A stretch of DNA of 64,000 nt from the human T2T-CHM13v2.0 reference genome, Homo sapiens: assembly GCA_009914755.4 (NCBI GenBank), contig CP086569.2, positions 22,944,001-23,008,000 of the forward strand, read 5' to 3'. The first letter of the stretch is position 1. Every line of letters starts with the position of its first letter. The notes under the pieces are model-generated. The model was not told the origin of the DNA and ran no database searches. It was given only the letters and a program-made list of their open reading frames with translations. Below are positions 25,418 through 40,182 of the stretch, in pieces. The position numbers were made by a program, and so were the translations under genes.

Positions 25418-27872
25418 CTGACAGTGGTTAGAAGAAAACACCCATGCAATGGATTCTCATGAGGATCTTTCTCCGTGAAATGGAAAACATTTGTTGTAGA
25501 AGTCACTGAGCCAGACCCAGAAAACCCTAATCCAATGAAGAACACGGATGTCAATATAGGAAGAGGCAAGTGTAAAGGCCACATCACAGCCAGCATCAAT
25601 CCATTCCACTCCCATTTGTCTCTGAATATGAAAACTCTCAAATCGTGAGTTTGCTTGGATTGCTCCAATTTCTACTCCAAATGTTCCTTGCATGTTGGAG
25701 TACTCCCACCTGAACACCGGGTCATGGTGTGGACTGCTTTTGTAATTAAAGGAATGCAGGGATGGAGTTGGAAGCACCTTCTGTGTCATCTGTCTTCATT
25801 TTTTTTTCAGGTGAAGTTGTGGGACCCCACCCATCCCTCACCAGATTGTATCCTCACCCCTATCTGACCATACTGCTCCTCACACTCTATTTCACAGGAT
25901 GAAATCCCAAGTCAATGTAAGAGTGCCCCTCATGACAGGAAGCATCTGCTCAGCTGGGAACTGAATTCAAGGTAAATTTAAGGGGCCTTGTTTACAGGAC
26001 TGCTAGTGTCTCTCCCTGAGGTGGTTGCAGGACTATAAAATACTGGGATATGTCTGTTTTTTTGTGTGTGTATGGTGTGCTCCTCTTCTGTCTAGAAGAG
26101 TGGCTTTTTTGCAGGGGGTGGTGACTTGGAGGTTGGTGCATTTTGGCGTGCCTCCCAGTTCACTGATGGGTCATGATCCACATGAAAATAAACAACATGG
26201 AGCTCTGCAGCCCATGTAAACCACACAGACCAAAAATAGGTCATGAGACTCAAAAAAAAAAAAAAAAAAAAAAGGCTGAAGTGCATTAGCACATTCCTTT
26301 AAGCAGACTCCACTTACAGGCACACACAGACAATGTCACACTCACATGCAGACATCCAACACTCACAACATTTCCAAGAAATGCACAGTTTGGCAGCTCC
26401 TGAGGCTGCATGATTCTGCAGGAAGCTTCACCTGAGACACAGCAACCCTGGCGAAAACAGGCAGATTTTACCTAGAAATCACAGTGCAGCAAGTTTCAAA
26501 ATGACTCACCCCTACAACGTCTAGGCAGGGCTGAGGAGTCCTGCAGATCTTTTTGGATCATTAGAAATTTTGCGGTTTATTCCCAGAACTGTACTTGATG
26601 TATCTTCAAAATGCCTTATGTCTGCCCTATCCTAAGATCATGGGACTATTGCATTGATCCCACAGAGAAGAAAGGCAAGAGTCCACCACCGATGCACGTC
26701 CATGGAGGTCTCCTTTTCTGCCAAGATACAGGGTCATGTCGCTTTGCAATGGTGATGTTCATTGTGAAGCTAGCCAGAACTCACAGTCAGGACTGGTGCC
26801 TTGAGACTAGCCAATGTGCATTCACTGGGCAGGTTCGAGTGTGCAGCTGTTAGAGCTGTTACCCTGCCTAGGCTCAGGGTAATGGTACAAAAAGAACTGG
26901 CCCGGTATCTCAAAAAATGCTGCCTGAGAAAACCCACAGTGGGACCCTAAAAGTCTCAAACTCAGTGCCTATCCAGGCACTCTCCTCTTGCTGGAGGAAG
27001 AGGCCATTCAAGACTGTGAGGTGGCTCTGGAAACTGGTCTTCTGACTCAATTTCTGAAAGACGGTGTGTGCAAGAATCAGGTCCCATAGGGATTGTAATA
27101 TAGTCTGGAGTGTTTTTGAGGGTACTTTAGATGATAGAATCATACCTGAGACCCTAGAGGTAAGTGTCAGTGAAAGATGGCTGGGCTCTTGATCTCACTG
27201 CCTCCCTCATCCTGGGTTTTGAAGGACCTCTCTAGGAAAGGCAGGAACCAATAAAAAGGCAATTCCAAGGTGAAGCAGTGTTCTCACACCTCATACTGTC
27301 CTCTCTTGGTGCAGATGAGGTTGAGACTGTGTCTCAGAGACCCTCTGTGGAGACGCAAGTGTGAAATGGGTGTTTCAGTGCTGTTGACAAGGAAGAGTGG
27401 ATGCCCCATGAAAGCCTTGAAAAATCAAGGCTCACTTGAGAGAATGAGCTGCTTTATGCTGGAACCCAAGCAATGTTCACTGAATCCTGTCAGAGGATCC
27501 ACAGGCCTCCTGCAAAGTGCAAACATCCTTAACCCCCACAAAGAGACAATGACCAAGTATCTATAATGCAGCCAGCCTACCCAAAGTCCATTTGGCCCTC
27601 TGAAATCCCTAGCATCTAAATAACCTGTGGTGAGAGTCAGTCCCATCCAGCAGCAGCCCAATGATAGAGCCCTTCCAGAATGAGAAGGCCATGAAGATGA
27701 AAGAAATAAGAGGCTAGATTAATAGGCAAAAGCCAGGCATGGCTTCCAGCTTCTCATCCTACAGGAATCATGCAGCTGTGCAATGGAAGTGAGAGAACTA
27801 AAATTTCTTTTTGGAGGCTGTAACAGGAATTTATGCTTTTAACAGTATCAATGAGATCCATTCATTAAAATG
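25418..27872 (+). repeat. Array unit U11 (2.46 kb)
   Basis: Full set of unit landmarks. The (A)n tract is 26253-26275. Confidence 0.85.
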
Positions 27873-28703
27873 TGACAGAGTTTAGAAGGAAACACTCACA
27901 CAATGGATTCCCATGAGGGCAGATTTTCATGAACTGGGAAATGTTTAGTGTGGAATTCATTGAGCCAAACTCAGGAAACCCTAGACCGATGAGAAAAATG
28001 GAAGTCAGAAACAAAGAGGAAAGTGTGGAGGCCACATCCCACACAGCGTCATTCCGTTGCACTCCCGTTTGACTCTGGGTATGAAAGCCATCAAATCAGG
28101 AGTTAGCCAGGATGGACCCAATTTGCACACCAAATGTTTTTGGCGTGTTGGAGTACTCCCACCTCAACATCGGGCCATTGTATGGACTGCTTGTGCAATT
28201 AAAGGAATGTGCGAATGGTGTTGGAAGCACCTTCTGTGTCATCTGTCTTTCTCAGTGTTGCAGGTGAAGTTGTAGGACCCAATCCATCTCTCACCAGATT
28301 GTATCCTCACCCCATCTGACTGTATTGCTTCTTACACTGTATGTCCCAGGATGAAATCCTAAGATGATGGAGGAGGGTCCCCTCATGATGTAAAGTACCT
28401 GCTCAGATAGGAATCTAATTTGAGGTAAATTCCAGGGGTCCAGTGGACAGGATTGCTAGTGTCTCTCTCTGAGATGGCTGCAGGACAATAAAATACAGGA
28501 AGATGTCTGTTTTTTGGTGGGGTGTGTTCCTCTTCTTTCTAGAAGAGTGGCTTTTCTTTTGCAGGGGGAGTTGATTTGGATGCCGGCAGGTCTTGGCATG
28601 CCTCCCAATTCACAGTGGATTCATGATCCACAGAAAAATCAAGAACATGAGGTCCCGCAGCCCAAGCAAAGCCATATAGGGTGCCCACAAAAGGGTTACA
28701 GTC

Positions 28704-28734
<31 letters not shown>

Positions 28735-30349
28735 GCACTGACGTGTGTTAGCCACATTCTTTTAAGCATTTAAGCAGACTCCACTAACGGGCACACACAA
28801 ATACAAAACACACACAGTGCCACACACGAACACAGACATCCAACAGTCACAACAATCCCACAGAAAGAAATATCCTGGCAGCACCTGAAGCTGTGTGATT
28901 CTGCAGGATGTCCCACCTGGGAGAGAGCAACCCCAGTGAACACAGGCGGGATGTACCTAGATATCATAGTGGGGCAAGTTTCAAGAAGATTCACCCCTAC
29001 AATGTCTAGCAGGCCTGAGGAATTCTGCAGATCCTTTTGGATCTTAGGGATTTTGTGGTTTATTCCTGGGGCTGAGCTTGACATTTCTTCAGGCTGGCTG
29101 AAGTCTGCCCTCTCCTAGGATCATGGGACTATGCCATGTATCTCACAGAGAAGAGAGGTGAGAGTTCAACACTGATGCACCTCCACAAAGGTCTCTTTCT
29201 CTGCCAAGCCACAGGGACTTCTCACTATGCAGCAGCCACAGTCATTGTGATGCTAGCAAGGTCTCACAATCAGTCCTGGTGCCCTGAGACTAGTGTATGT
29301 GCATTCGTGAAGCAGGCTCAGGTGCCTATTTGTCACAGCAGTCAGTCTGCTTAAGGAGAGAAAAATAATACAGGCAGAGCCAGCCTGGTATCGGAAAAAA
29401 TATGACTGCAAAAACCCACTGCGGGACCCTAAAAGTCTCTACATCAGAGCCCCTTCAGGCTGTCTCTGTGGTCAGTTTTTCATCGGAGGAGGAGGCATTT
29501 TGAGACTGGGAGATAGTCGCTGCAAACTGCTTCTCTGACTGCATTCCCAAATAAGAATGTGTGTGTGCAAGAATCAGGTCACATGGGGATTGCAGTATAG
29601 TCTGGTGTGTTGTCAAGGATTATTTTGCTGACACAACCCCAGAGGCTTGTGTCAGCAAAAGATGGCTGAGATCTTGATCTCACTGCCTCCCTTCATCTTG
29701 GGCCTAACAGGGGCTCTCTGGGAAAGGCAGTTACAATGACAAAGGCAACTACAAGGTGAAGCAGTGTTCTCACACCTCAGACTGGCCTCCAACGGGCACA
29801 GACGAGGTTGAGACAGTGTCTCTGAGGCCATCTGTGGTGATGGCAAACCTAAAAAAGGTGAATATTAGTGCCGTTGAGATTCACTGTGAATTACCCATGA
29901 AAGCAAAGAAAAATCAAGACATGTCTGACAGAATGCGATGCTTTGTGCTGGAGTCCAAGCAATGTTCAGTGATTCTTATCAGAGGACCTAAAAGCCCCCT
30001 GCAAAGTGCAAACAACCTTAGCCCCCCAATAAGGCAACGACCCATAACCTGGATGGCAGGAGCCTGCCCGAAGTCCCTTTTGCCCTCTAAAATCTCTGGC
30101 AGCTAAATAATCTGTGGCAAAAGGCAGTCACATCCAGCAACAGCCCAGTGAAAGTGCCCCTCCACAATGAAAAGGCCATCCAGATGAAATGAAACAGAGG
30201 CTAGATTACCAGGCAAAGGCCAGACAAGGCTGTTCATCCTACAGGTATTATGCAGCCATTTGAAAGAAGTGGGAGAAAAAGAGTTTATTTTGGCAGCAGT
30301 AATGGGAATTTTCAGTTTTAAAATATCAAAGCTACCCAGTCATTAAAAG
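27873..30349 (+). repeat. Array unit U12 (2.48 kb)
   Basis: Full set of unit landmarks. The exon-like block is at 28264-28424. Confidence 0.85.
28264..28424 (+). ncRNA. Example of unit-embedded exon-like segment (long form 161 nt; short form from internal acceptor 28350)
   Basis: 'gttgcag|gtgaagttgtagg' ... 'atgtcccag|gatgaaatcc' ... 'tttgag|gtaaattcc'. The acceptor and donor match consensus. Confidence 0.35.
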
Positions 30350-32764
30350 GTGACAGTGTTTAGAAGGAAACACTCTGTGAACTGGGAAAGCTTTAGTGTG
30401 GAAGTGGTTGAGCCAGACACAGGAAACTCTAGGCAGGTGAGGAATATAGAAGTCAGAAGAAGAAGAGGAAAATGTGGAGGCCACATCCCACCCAGCATCA
30501 ATCCATTCCACTCTTATTGATCTCTGAATATGAAAGCCCACAAATCGGCAGTTTGCCAGGATGGCCCCAATTTGCCCTCCAAATGTCCATTGTATGTTGC
30601 AGTATTCCCACCTTAACACCATGCCATTGTGTGGACTGCTTCTGCAATTAAGGGAATGTGTGGATGGAGTTGGAAACACTTTCTGTGTCATCTGACTTTA
30701 TTTTTATTGCAGGTGAAGTTACAGGGCCCCAACCACCTTTCACTAGATTGTATCTTCACCTGTATCTGACCTTACTGCTGCTCACACTCTATGTCCCAGG
30801 ATAAAATCCTAGCATGGTGGAGGAGTGTCCCCTCATGATGTGAAGCACCTGCTAGGCTTGGAACTGAATTCAAGGTGAGTTCAAGTGGCCCTCTGCACAG
30901 GACTGCTAGTGTCTCCCCCTGTTTAGCTGCAGGACAATGAAACACCAAAAAATGTCTGTTTGTGGGGGAGTTTTTTGTTTGTTTGTTTTTTTGATGTGGT
31001 GTGCTCATCTTCTTTCTAGAAGTGTGGGTTTTTCTGCAGGGGGAGGTGATTTGGACACCAGTGGGACTCAGCCCACCTCCCAATTCATGTCGGATTCATA
31101 ATTCACAGAAAAATAAAGAACATGAAGCTTTGCAGCCCAGGAAGAGCCACACAGACAGGCCACCAAAAGGTTGGAAGACTCAAAATAACAATAATAATAA
31201 TAACACTGAAGTATGTTAGCCACATTGCTTTAAGAAGACTCCCTTTACAGGCACACATACACACACAAACACACACAGAGAAACACACAATGCTACACAC
31301 ACACAGAGACATCCAACACTCACAACACTGTCACAAAAACACACAGCCCAGCAGCTCCTGAGGCTGCTTGGTTCTGAAGGTAACCCCACCTGGGAGAGAG
31401 CAACCCTGGGGGAACACAGGCAGGCTGTACCTAGAAATCACAATAGGGCAAGTTTCAAAAAGACTCACCTCTACAATGTCTAGACACATCTGAAAAATGT
31501 TGCAGATGTTTCTGGATCCTGAGAAATATTGTGGTTTATTCCTGGGCCTCTTCTTGATGCTACTACAGGCTGGCTTACATCTGCCCTCTCCTAGGCTCAT
31601 GGGACAATCCTGTGGATCACACATAGAAGGCAGGTGAGAATTCATGACTGATACACCTCCACGGACATCTCCTTCTTTGCCAAGATGCAGAAATTGTCAC
31701 TAGGCAATGGTGAAATTCATTGTGGCACTAGTTAGAGCTCACAGTCAGGCCTGGTGCCTCAAGACTACAGCATGCGCATTTTCAGGCCCTGCTGTTAGAG
31801 CTGTCAGCCTGCCTAAGCAGAGGAAAATGATACATGCAGAGCCAGAAAGTTATCCAGGAAAATGCCACCTGTGATAACCCACTCTGGGACCCTAAAAGTC
31901 TCATCCTTAGTGCCCCTTTGGCCATCTTTGATGCTGGGTCCCGCAGGATGAGAATGCATTTCTATTTTTAGACTGTGAGTTTGTCGTGAAAAACTGCTCT
32001 TGTGACTCCATTCCCGAAAGAGGCTGTGTGCAAGAATTGGGTACCATGGGGATTGGAATGTAGTCTGGTGCATTGTTTAGGGGTCTTTGGGTGATAGAAT
32101 CCTACCTGATACCCCAGAGATGGGTGTCAATTAAAAATGACCAGGGCCTTAACCTCAGTGCCTCCCTTCATTCTTGGCCTCATAGGATCTCTCTCGGGTA
32201 AGCGGGAACCACACCTCAAACTGGCCTCTTACAGGGGCAGATGAGGTTGAGACAGTGTCTCAGAGGCTGTCTTTGGTGATTGTAACCCTGAAAAGGGTGT
32301 CCAGTAGTGCTAGTGACTGGCATGAAAGCAAAAAAATCAAAGCTCGTATGAGAGAAAGAGCTGCCTTGGGCTGGAGTCCAAGCAATGTTCAAAGATTCCT
32401 GTCAGAGGGCCCTGAAACCTCCTGCAAAGTGCAAACAACCTCATCCCACAAAATGAGACCAAGACACAGAACCTGGGATGCGGCCAGCCTGCCTGAAGTC
32501 CCTTGTGCTCCTTGATATCCCTGTCAGCCAATAAATTTGTGGTGAGAAGTAGCCCCATCCACCAACAGCCCTATAAAAGACCCCCTACACAATGAGAAAG
32601 GATGTGCAGATAAAATGAAACAGAGCCGGTATTACCAGGTGAAATACAGACACGGCTGCCTGCTTAACCTTTCGATAAAACCTAGAGAACAAGAGTTTCC
32701 TTGTTGGCAGCAGTAACAGGAAGTTACTATTTTAAAATTATCACAGCTGCCCAGTCATTGAAAT
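30350..32764 (+). repeat. Array unit U13 (2.41 kb; ~30-bp deletion just after unit start)
   Basis: Unit landmarks are present. The 'acgcaatggattcccatgagggtcg' segment is missing. Confidence 0.85.
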
Positions 32765-35250
32765 GTGACAGTGTTTAGAAGGAAACACTCACTCAATGTA
32801 TTCCCCTGAGGGTCAACTTCCATGAACTGGGAAATGTTTAGCATGGAAGACATTGAGCCATACCCAAGAATCCATAGGATGATGAGGCACACGTATGTCA
32901 GGATATGAAAAGGCAAGTGTGGAGGCCACATCCCACCTTGTATCAATCAATCTCACTGCCATTTTGTTCTGCCTATGAAAGCCCTCAAATCGATAGTTGG
33001 CCAGGGTGGCCGCAGTTTGTACTCCAAATATTCCCTGCACATTGGAGTACTCCCAACTAAACACTGGGCCAAGTTGTGGACTGCTTGTGCAATTAAGGAA
33101 ATGTGGGAATGCTGTTTGAAGCACGTTTTGTGTCATCTGTCTTTATACTTTTGCAGGTGAAGGTGTGGGACCCCATCCACCCCTCATCAGATTGTATCCT
33201 CACGCTATCTGACCTTATTGCTACTCACACTGTATGTCCCAGGATGAAATCTCAAGGTGATGGAGGAGTGAATCCTGATGATGGGAAGTATCTGCTCGGC
33301 TATGAACCAAAATTGAGGTAAATTCGTGGGGCCCTGTGGGCAGGACTGCTAGTGTTTCTCCCTGGGATGGCCACAGAAAAATGACACACTGAAGGATTTC
33401 TGTTCTTGGCTGTGGTGTGCTGCTCATCTTTCTAGAGGGTGGCTTTGTTTTTTTCCAGCGGTTGGTTATGAGGACCCCGCGTGTCACAGCCAGCCTTGCA
33501 ATTCACCGCAGGTTCATAATTCACAGAAAAATAAAGAACAGGGAGGCCTCCAGACCAAGCAGAGCCACACAGATGGGCAAACAAAATGTTGGAAGTCTCA
33601 AATAAAAGAAGCTCTGCAGTGTGTTATCCACATCCCTTTAAGCAGATTCCACTAACAGGTGCATGCGTGTGTGCACGCACGCACACACACACAAAAACAC
33701 ACAAAGCCAAAAAGCCACACCACACCCAGACATCCAACCCTTTTAACACTCCCTCAGAAACAGAGCCTGGCAGCTTCTGAGGCTGTGTGTTTCTGCAGAA
33801 ATCCCCACCTGGGAGAGAGAAACCCCGGCAAACACAGTGGGATCTACCTAGAAATCACAGTTGGGTGAGTTTCAAAAAGACTCAACCCTACATCTAGGCA
33901 GGCCTGAGAAATCCTGCAGATGCTTTTGTAACCTTAGGGACTTTGCAGTTTATTCCTTGGGCTCTGCTTGAAGTTTCTTCACGCTGGCTCACGTCTGCCC
34001 TCTCCTAGGAACATGGATCTATCCTGTGGATCCCCCAGAGAAGACAAGCAAGAGTCCACCACAAGGCACCTCTATGGAGGTCTCCTTCTTGGCCAAGCAG
34101 CTGGGACTTGTAGCTGTGTAAGGGTGACATTCATTGTGATGCTAGCTAGAGCTCACAATCAGGCCTGGTGCCTGGAGACTAGCTCATGCGCATTTGAGGG
34201 CATGCTCAGTGGCCTGGCTTTCACAGCTGTCAGCCTGTGGAAGCAGAAGAAAATGGTACAGGTAGAGCCAGCTGGTAATGGGAAATAGGCTGCCTGTGAT
34301 AACACACTGCGGGACCCTACAAGGCTCGAAATTAGGGTCACTTCGGGCTGTCTCTGTGTTCAGTTCCCACAGGAGTAGGAGGCATTTAGAGACTGTGAGG
34401 TGGTCGCTAAAAACTGCTCTTCTGACTCCCTTTCCGAAAGAGGCTGTGTGCAAGAATCAGGTCTTATGGGGATTGGAATGTAGTCTGGTGAGTTGAGGAG
34501 GGGTGTTTGGGTGATGGAATTATACCTGAGACCCTAGAATTGGGTGTCTATGAATGATGGTTGGGCCCTTAACCTCACTGTCTCCCATCATTCTGGACCT
34601 CGCAGGGTCTCTCTGTGAAGCACAGGAACCAAGACAAAGGCAAGTCCAAAATGGAGCAGTGTTCTCAAACCTCAAACTGGCCTCTCATGGGTACAGATAA
34701 GGTTGAGACAGTATCTCAGAGGCCATCTGTGGCCATGGCAAGCCAGAAAAGGGTGTCCAGTAGTGCTGTTGAGGGGCACTGTGGACTTCCCAGGAAAGCA
34801 AAGAAAAATCAAGGTGTGTGTGTGAGAAAAAGATGGCTTGTGCTGGAATCTAAGCAATATTCAAAAATTCCTGTCAGAGAACTCAAAAGCCTCCTTCAAA
34901 GTGCAAACAACCCATAACGAGACAGCGACCCACAACCTGGAGAGGCACTAAACCTACCCAGAGTCCATTTTGCTCACTGAAATCCCTGGCAGCCCATAGA
35001 TCTGTTGTAAGAGGCAGCCCCATCCAGCAACAGCCCAATGAAAGACCACCTCCACAATGAGAAAGGATGTGCAGATGCAATGAAACACAGTGTAGATTAC
35101 CAGAAAAAAGCCAAACATCGCTGCCTGCTTCTCTTCCTACAGGAATCATGCAGCACTCCAATAAAATTTGGAGAGCAAGAGTTTCCTTGTTGGCAGCTGT
35201 AAAAGGAGTTTATGGTTTTAAAATTATCACAGCTGCCCAGTCATTAAAAC
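32765..35250 (+). repeat. Array unit U14 (2.49 kb)
   Basis: Full set of unit landmarks. Confidence 0.85.
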
Positions 35251-36118
35251 GTGACAGTGTTTAGAAGGAAACACTGGAAAACCTTTACCGTTGAGCCATC
35301 TGGGAAGATGTTGAGCCAGATCCAGGAAACCCCAGGCTGACAAGGAATATGGAAGACATGAAAAGAAGAGGCAAGTGTGGAGGTCACATCCCACGTTGTA
35401 TCTATAGGTCTCACTTTCATTTGGAGCAGAGTATGAAAGCCCTCAAATTGGGAGTTTGCCAGGATGGCCCGGTTTGCATTTCAAATGTTCTCTGCACATT
35501 GGAGTACTCCCACCTGAACATCAGGCCATAGTGTGGACTACTTGCGTAATTAAGGAAATTTGAGAATGCAGTTGGAATCACTTTCTCTGTCATCTGTCTT
35601 CACATTTTTTGCAATTGGAAGTGTGGGACCCCACCCACTTCTCACCAGATTGCATCCTTACCCCTTCTGACCTTATTGCTGTTCATGTTCTCTTTCCCTA
35701 AATGAAATCCCAAGATGATCTAGGAGTGCCTTCTCAGGATCTGAAGAAACTGCTCAGTTATGAACTGAATTCAAGGTAAATTCAAGGGCCCTGAGGACAT
35801 GAATGCTAGTGTTTCTTCCTGGGATGACCACTGGACAATGGAATACTGAAGGATGTCTGTTATTGCGTGTGTTGTGCTCCTTTTCTTTCTAGAAGAGCAG
35901 CTTTTTTTGGCAGGCAGAGGTGATGTGGACCTTGGTGTCTCACAGCCAGCCTCCCAGTACACTTTGGATTCATGATCCAGAGAAAATTAAAAAACACAGA
36001 GCCCTGCAGCTTAAGCAGAGCCACACAGGCATGTGACCCAAAGGTTGGGAGACTTAAAAAAAAAAATAGTGCTGCAGCGCATTAGCCACATTCCTTTAAG
36101 CAGACTTCACTTACAGGT

Positions 36119-36163
<45 letters not shown>

Positions 36164-37718
36164 AACACACAGTGCTAAAAAAAGCCACACCCATACACAG
36201 ACATCAAAGACTCACAATAATTTTACAGAAACACACCACCCAGCAGTTTCTGAGGCTGTATGGTTCTGCAGGAAGACTTACGTGGGAGACAGCAACTCTG
36301 GGGAACACAAGCGGGGTGCACCTAGAAATCATAGCAGTGTCAGTTTCATAAAGATTCACCTCTACATGTGTAGGCAGGCCTGAGGCATCCTGCAGATCCT
36401 TTTGGAACCTTACAGATTTTGCGGTTTATTCCTGGGGCTTGGCTTGACATATCTTCTGGCTAGCTCACGTCTGTTCTCTCCTAGGATCATGAGACTATCC
36501 TGTGTATCCCACAAAGAAGACAGGCAAGATTCCTTGGCTGATGCACCTCCACAGAGGTCTCCTTCTCAGCCAAGCCTCAGGGAATTGTGGCATTCATGGT
36601 GAGGCTAGCCAGAGCTCACAGCTCAGGCCTGGTGCCCTGAGACTAGCACATGTGCATTCACCAGTGGGCTTGGCACTCGGCAGTCAGAGCTGTCAGCCAG
36701 CCTAAGCCGAGGAAAATGGTACAGGCAAGAGTGGGCCTGGTACTGGGAAAAAAAAATGCTGTATGCAATAACCCACTGTGGAACCCTAAAAGTCTCATAC
36801 TTGGGGCCCCTTTCAGCTGTACCCGTGATCTGTTCCCACTGGAGGAGGAGATGTCTAGACTGTGATGGGGTCTCTGAGAACTGCTCTTCTGACTTTATTC
36901 CTGAAAGAGGCTGTGTGCAAGAATTGAGTCCCAGGGGGACTGGAATGTTGTCTGGTGAGTTGTGGAGGGTTCTTTGGGTGATAGAATCATACCTGTGACT
37001 CCAGAGGTGGGTGACAGTGAAATATGGCCAGGTTCTTAACCTCACTGCCTCCATTCATCCTGAGTCTTGCAGGGGCTCTTGGTGAAATGGAGGAACCATG
37101 ACAAAGGCAAGTCCAAGGTGGAGCAGTATTCTCACAGCTCTAAGTGGACTCCCACAGGTGCAGGTGAGGATGAGACAGTGTCTCAGAGGACATCTGTGAC
37201 AATTGCAATCCTGAAATGTTTGTCAGGTAGTGCTATTGAAGGGCACTGTGGACCCCCCATGAAAGCAAAGGAAAATCAAGGCTCACATGAGAGAATGAGC
37301 TGCCATGTGCTGTAGTCCAAGCCACGTTTAGAGATTTCTGTCACAGGACCCAAAAGCCTCTTGAAAAGTGCAAACAATCTCAGCCCCCACAAGTAAACCA
37401 TGACCCCAAACCTAAAGTGCAGTCAGCCTACCCAAAGTCCCTTTTGCTCTCTGAAATCCCTGGAAGCCAATAATTCTGTGGTGAGAGGTAGCCTCATCCA
37501 ACAACAGCCCGATGAAAGAGCCCTCCACAATGAAACAAGACAAGCAGATGAAATGAAACAGAGCCTAAATTCCCAGGCAAAAGCCAGGTACAGCTGCCTG
37601 CTTCTCCTACAGGTATCAAGCAGCCCTCTGATAAAAGCTGGATAACAAGAGTTTCTTTGTTGGCTACTGTTACAGAAATTTAGTTTTAAAACTATCGAAA
37701 CTGCCTAGTCATTAAAAT
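35251..37718 (+). repeat. Array unit U15 (2.47 kb)
   Basis: Unit landmarks are present. There is a small deletion after the unit start. The (CA)n block at 36118-36160 is expanded. Confidence 0.85.
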
Positions 37719-40182
37719 CTGACAGTGTTTAAAAGAAAACACTCATGAAATGGATTACTTTGAGGGTCATCTTCCGTGAAGTGGTAAATGGTTAACGTGG
37801 AAGATGTGGAGCCAGGCCCAGGAGAACTTAGGCCGATGAGGTACATGGAAGTCAGGAAAAAAGAGACAAGTGTGGTGGCCACATCAAACCTCACGTGAAA
37901 TGATCTCACTTCCATTTAGCTCCTGGTATGATAGTCCTCAAATAGGGAGTTTGCCAGGATGGCTCCAGTTTGCACTCCAAACATTCCCTGCACATTGTGG
38001 TGCTCTCAACTGTACACCAGGCCATGGTATGGACTTGCTTGTGTAATTAAGGAAATGTGGGGATACAGTTGGAAGCACATTCTGTGACATCTATCTTCAC
38101 ATTTTTTGCAGGTGAATGTGTGGGACCGCATCCACCCCTCACCAGCTTGTATCCTCACCTTTATCTGATGTTATGGCTGCTCAAAGTATCTGTCCCAAAA
38201 TGAAATTCCAAGACAATGAAGGAGTGACGTGAAGGTCCTGCTCAGCTAGGAACTGAATATGAAGTAAATTCAAGGGGCCCTGAGGACTGGACTGCTAGTG
38301 TTTCTCCATGGGATGTACACTGGAGAATAAAGCAGTGAAATATTTCTGTTCCTGGGTTTGATGTGCTCCTCTTCTTTCTAGAAGAGTGGCTTTTTTTTTT
38401 CCTCAGGGGGAGGTTATTTGGACCTGGCAGGTCTCAGCCAGCCTCTCAATTTACAGCGGATTCATGATCTGCAGAAAAATAAAGAACATGGAACCCAGCA
38501 GCCCAAGAAAAGCCACAAAGACAGACCACCAAAAGGCTGGGAGACTCAAAAACAAGAAAGCGCTGCAGTGTGTTAGCCACATTTTTTTAAGCAGATTCCA
38601 CTTACAGGCATGCACACAAACAGGGAAACACACACACAAATGCAGACATCCAACACTCACAACACTCCCACAGAAACACACTCCTGGCAGCTTCTGAAGC
38701 TGTGTGGTTCTGCAGGAAGCCCCATGTGGGAGAGAGCAATCCCGGGGAACACAGGCATGCTGTATGTAGAAATCACAGTGGGACCAATTTCAAAATACTC
38801 ACCCCTACAACATCTAGGCAGGCCTGAAGCATCCTGCAGATCCTTTAGGATTGTTAGGGAATTCACGGATTATTCCTGCGGCTCTGCTTGAGGCTTCTTA
38901 ATGCTGGCTTACATCTGCCCTCTCACCCTCTCCTAGGATCATGGGACTCTCCCGAGGATTCCACAGAGAAGAGACCACAGTCCACCATGATGCATCTTCA
39001 CGGAGGTCTCCTTCTCTGCCAAGCCTCAGGGACTTTTCACTAGGCAAAGAGTTATTGATTGTGATGCAAGCCAAAGATCACAGCTCAGGGGTGGTGCCCT
39101 GAGGCTAGCAGATGCACATTCGCAAGGCAGGCCCAGGGGCTCAGCTGTCAGAGCAGCCATTCTGCCTAAGCAAAGGAAAATGGTATAGGCAGAGCCGGCC
39201 TCATATCAGGAGAAAGGCTGCCTGTGATAACCAACTGGGGGACCCTAAATAAGTCAACCTTAGGACCCCTTCCATCCATCTCCTTGGTCGGGTCCCACTG
39301 GAGGAAGAGGTGTTTTGAGACTGTTAGGCTGTCATGCAAAACTGCTCTTTTGACTTCATTCTTGAAAGAGGCTATTTGTAAGAATCAGGTCCCATAGGGA
39401 TTGGAATAGAGTCTGGTGAGTTGTTGAGGGGTCTTTGTGTCATGGAATCATAAGTGAGACCCCAGAGGTGGTTGTCAGTGAAATATGGCCAAACCCCTGT
39501 CCTCACTGCCTCTCTTCATTCTGGGTCCCCCAGGGGCTCTCTGGGAAAGGCATAAACCACAACAAATGCAAGTCTAAGATGGATCAGAGTTCTCACACCT
39601 TGAACTTCCCTCTCAGGGATGCAGATGAGGTTGACACATTGTCTTAGAGGCTGTCTGTGGCTATTGCAAGCCTGAAAACTGCGTCCAATAGTGCCGTTGT
39701 GGGGCAATGGCGACACCCCATGAAAGCACAAAAAACTCAAGGCTCACCCGAGAGAATGAGCTGACTTTTGCTGGAGTCCAAGCAACATTCAGATACTCCT
39801 GTCAGAGTACCTAAAAGCTTCCTCAGAAGTGCAAACAACCTCAGCCTCCACAATGAGACAACGACCCACAACCTGAAGTGCAGCCAGCCTACCTGAAGGC
39901 CATTTTGCTCCCTAAAATCGCTGGCAGCCAAAAGATCTGTGGTGAGTGGCAGTCGCATCCAGCAATGGCTGAATGACCCTCTCCACAATGAGAAAGGACC
40001 TACAGTGGAAATGAAACAGACCACAGATTACCAGGCAAAAGCCAGACATGACTGCATGCTTCTCATCCTATGGGAATCATGCACCCATCCGACAGAAGAG
40101 GGAGAACAAGAGTTTCCCTGTTGGTGTCAGTAACAGGAATTTATGGTTTTAAATGTATTACAGATGCCCAGTCATTAAATTG
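37719..40182 (+). repeat. Array unit U16 (2.46 kb)
   Basis: Full set of unit landmarks. Confidence 0.85.
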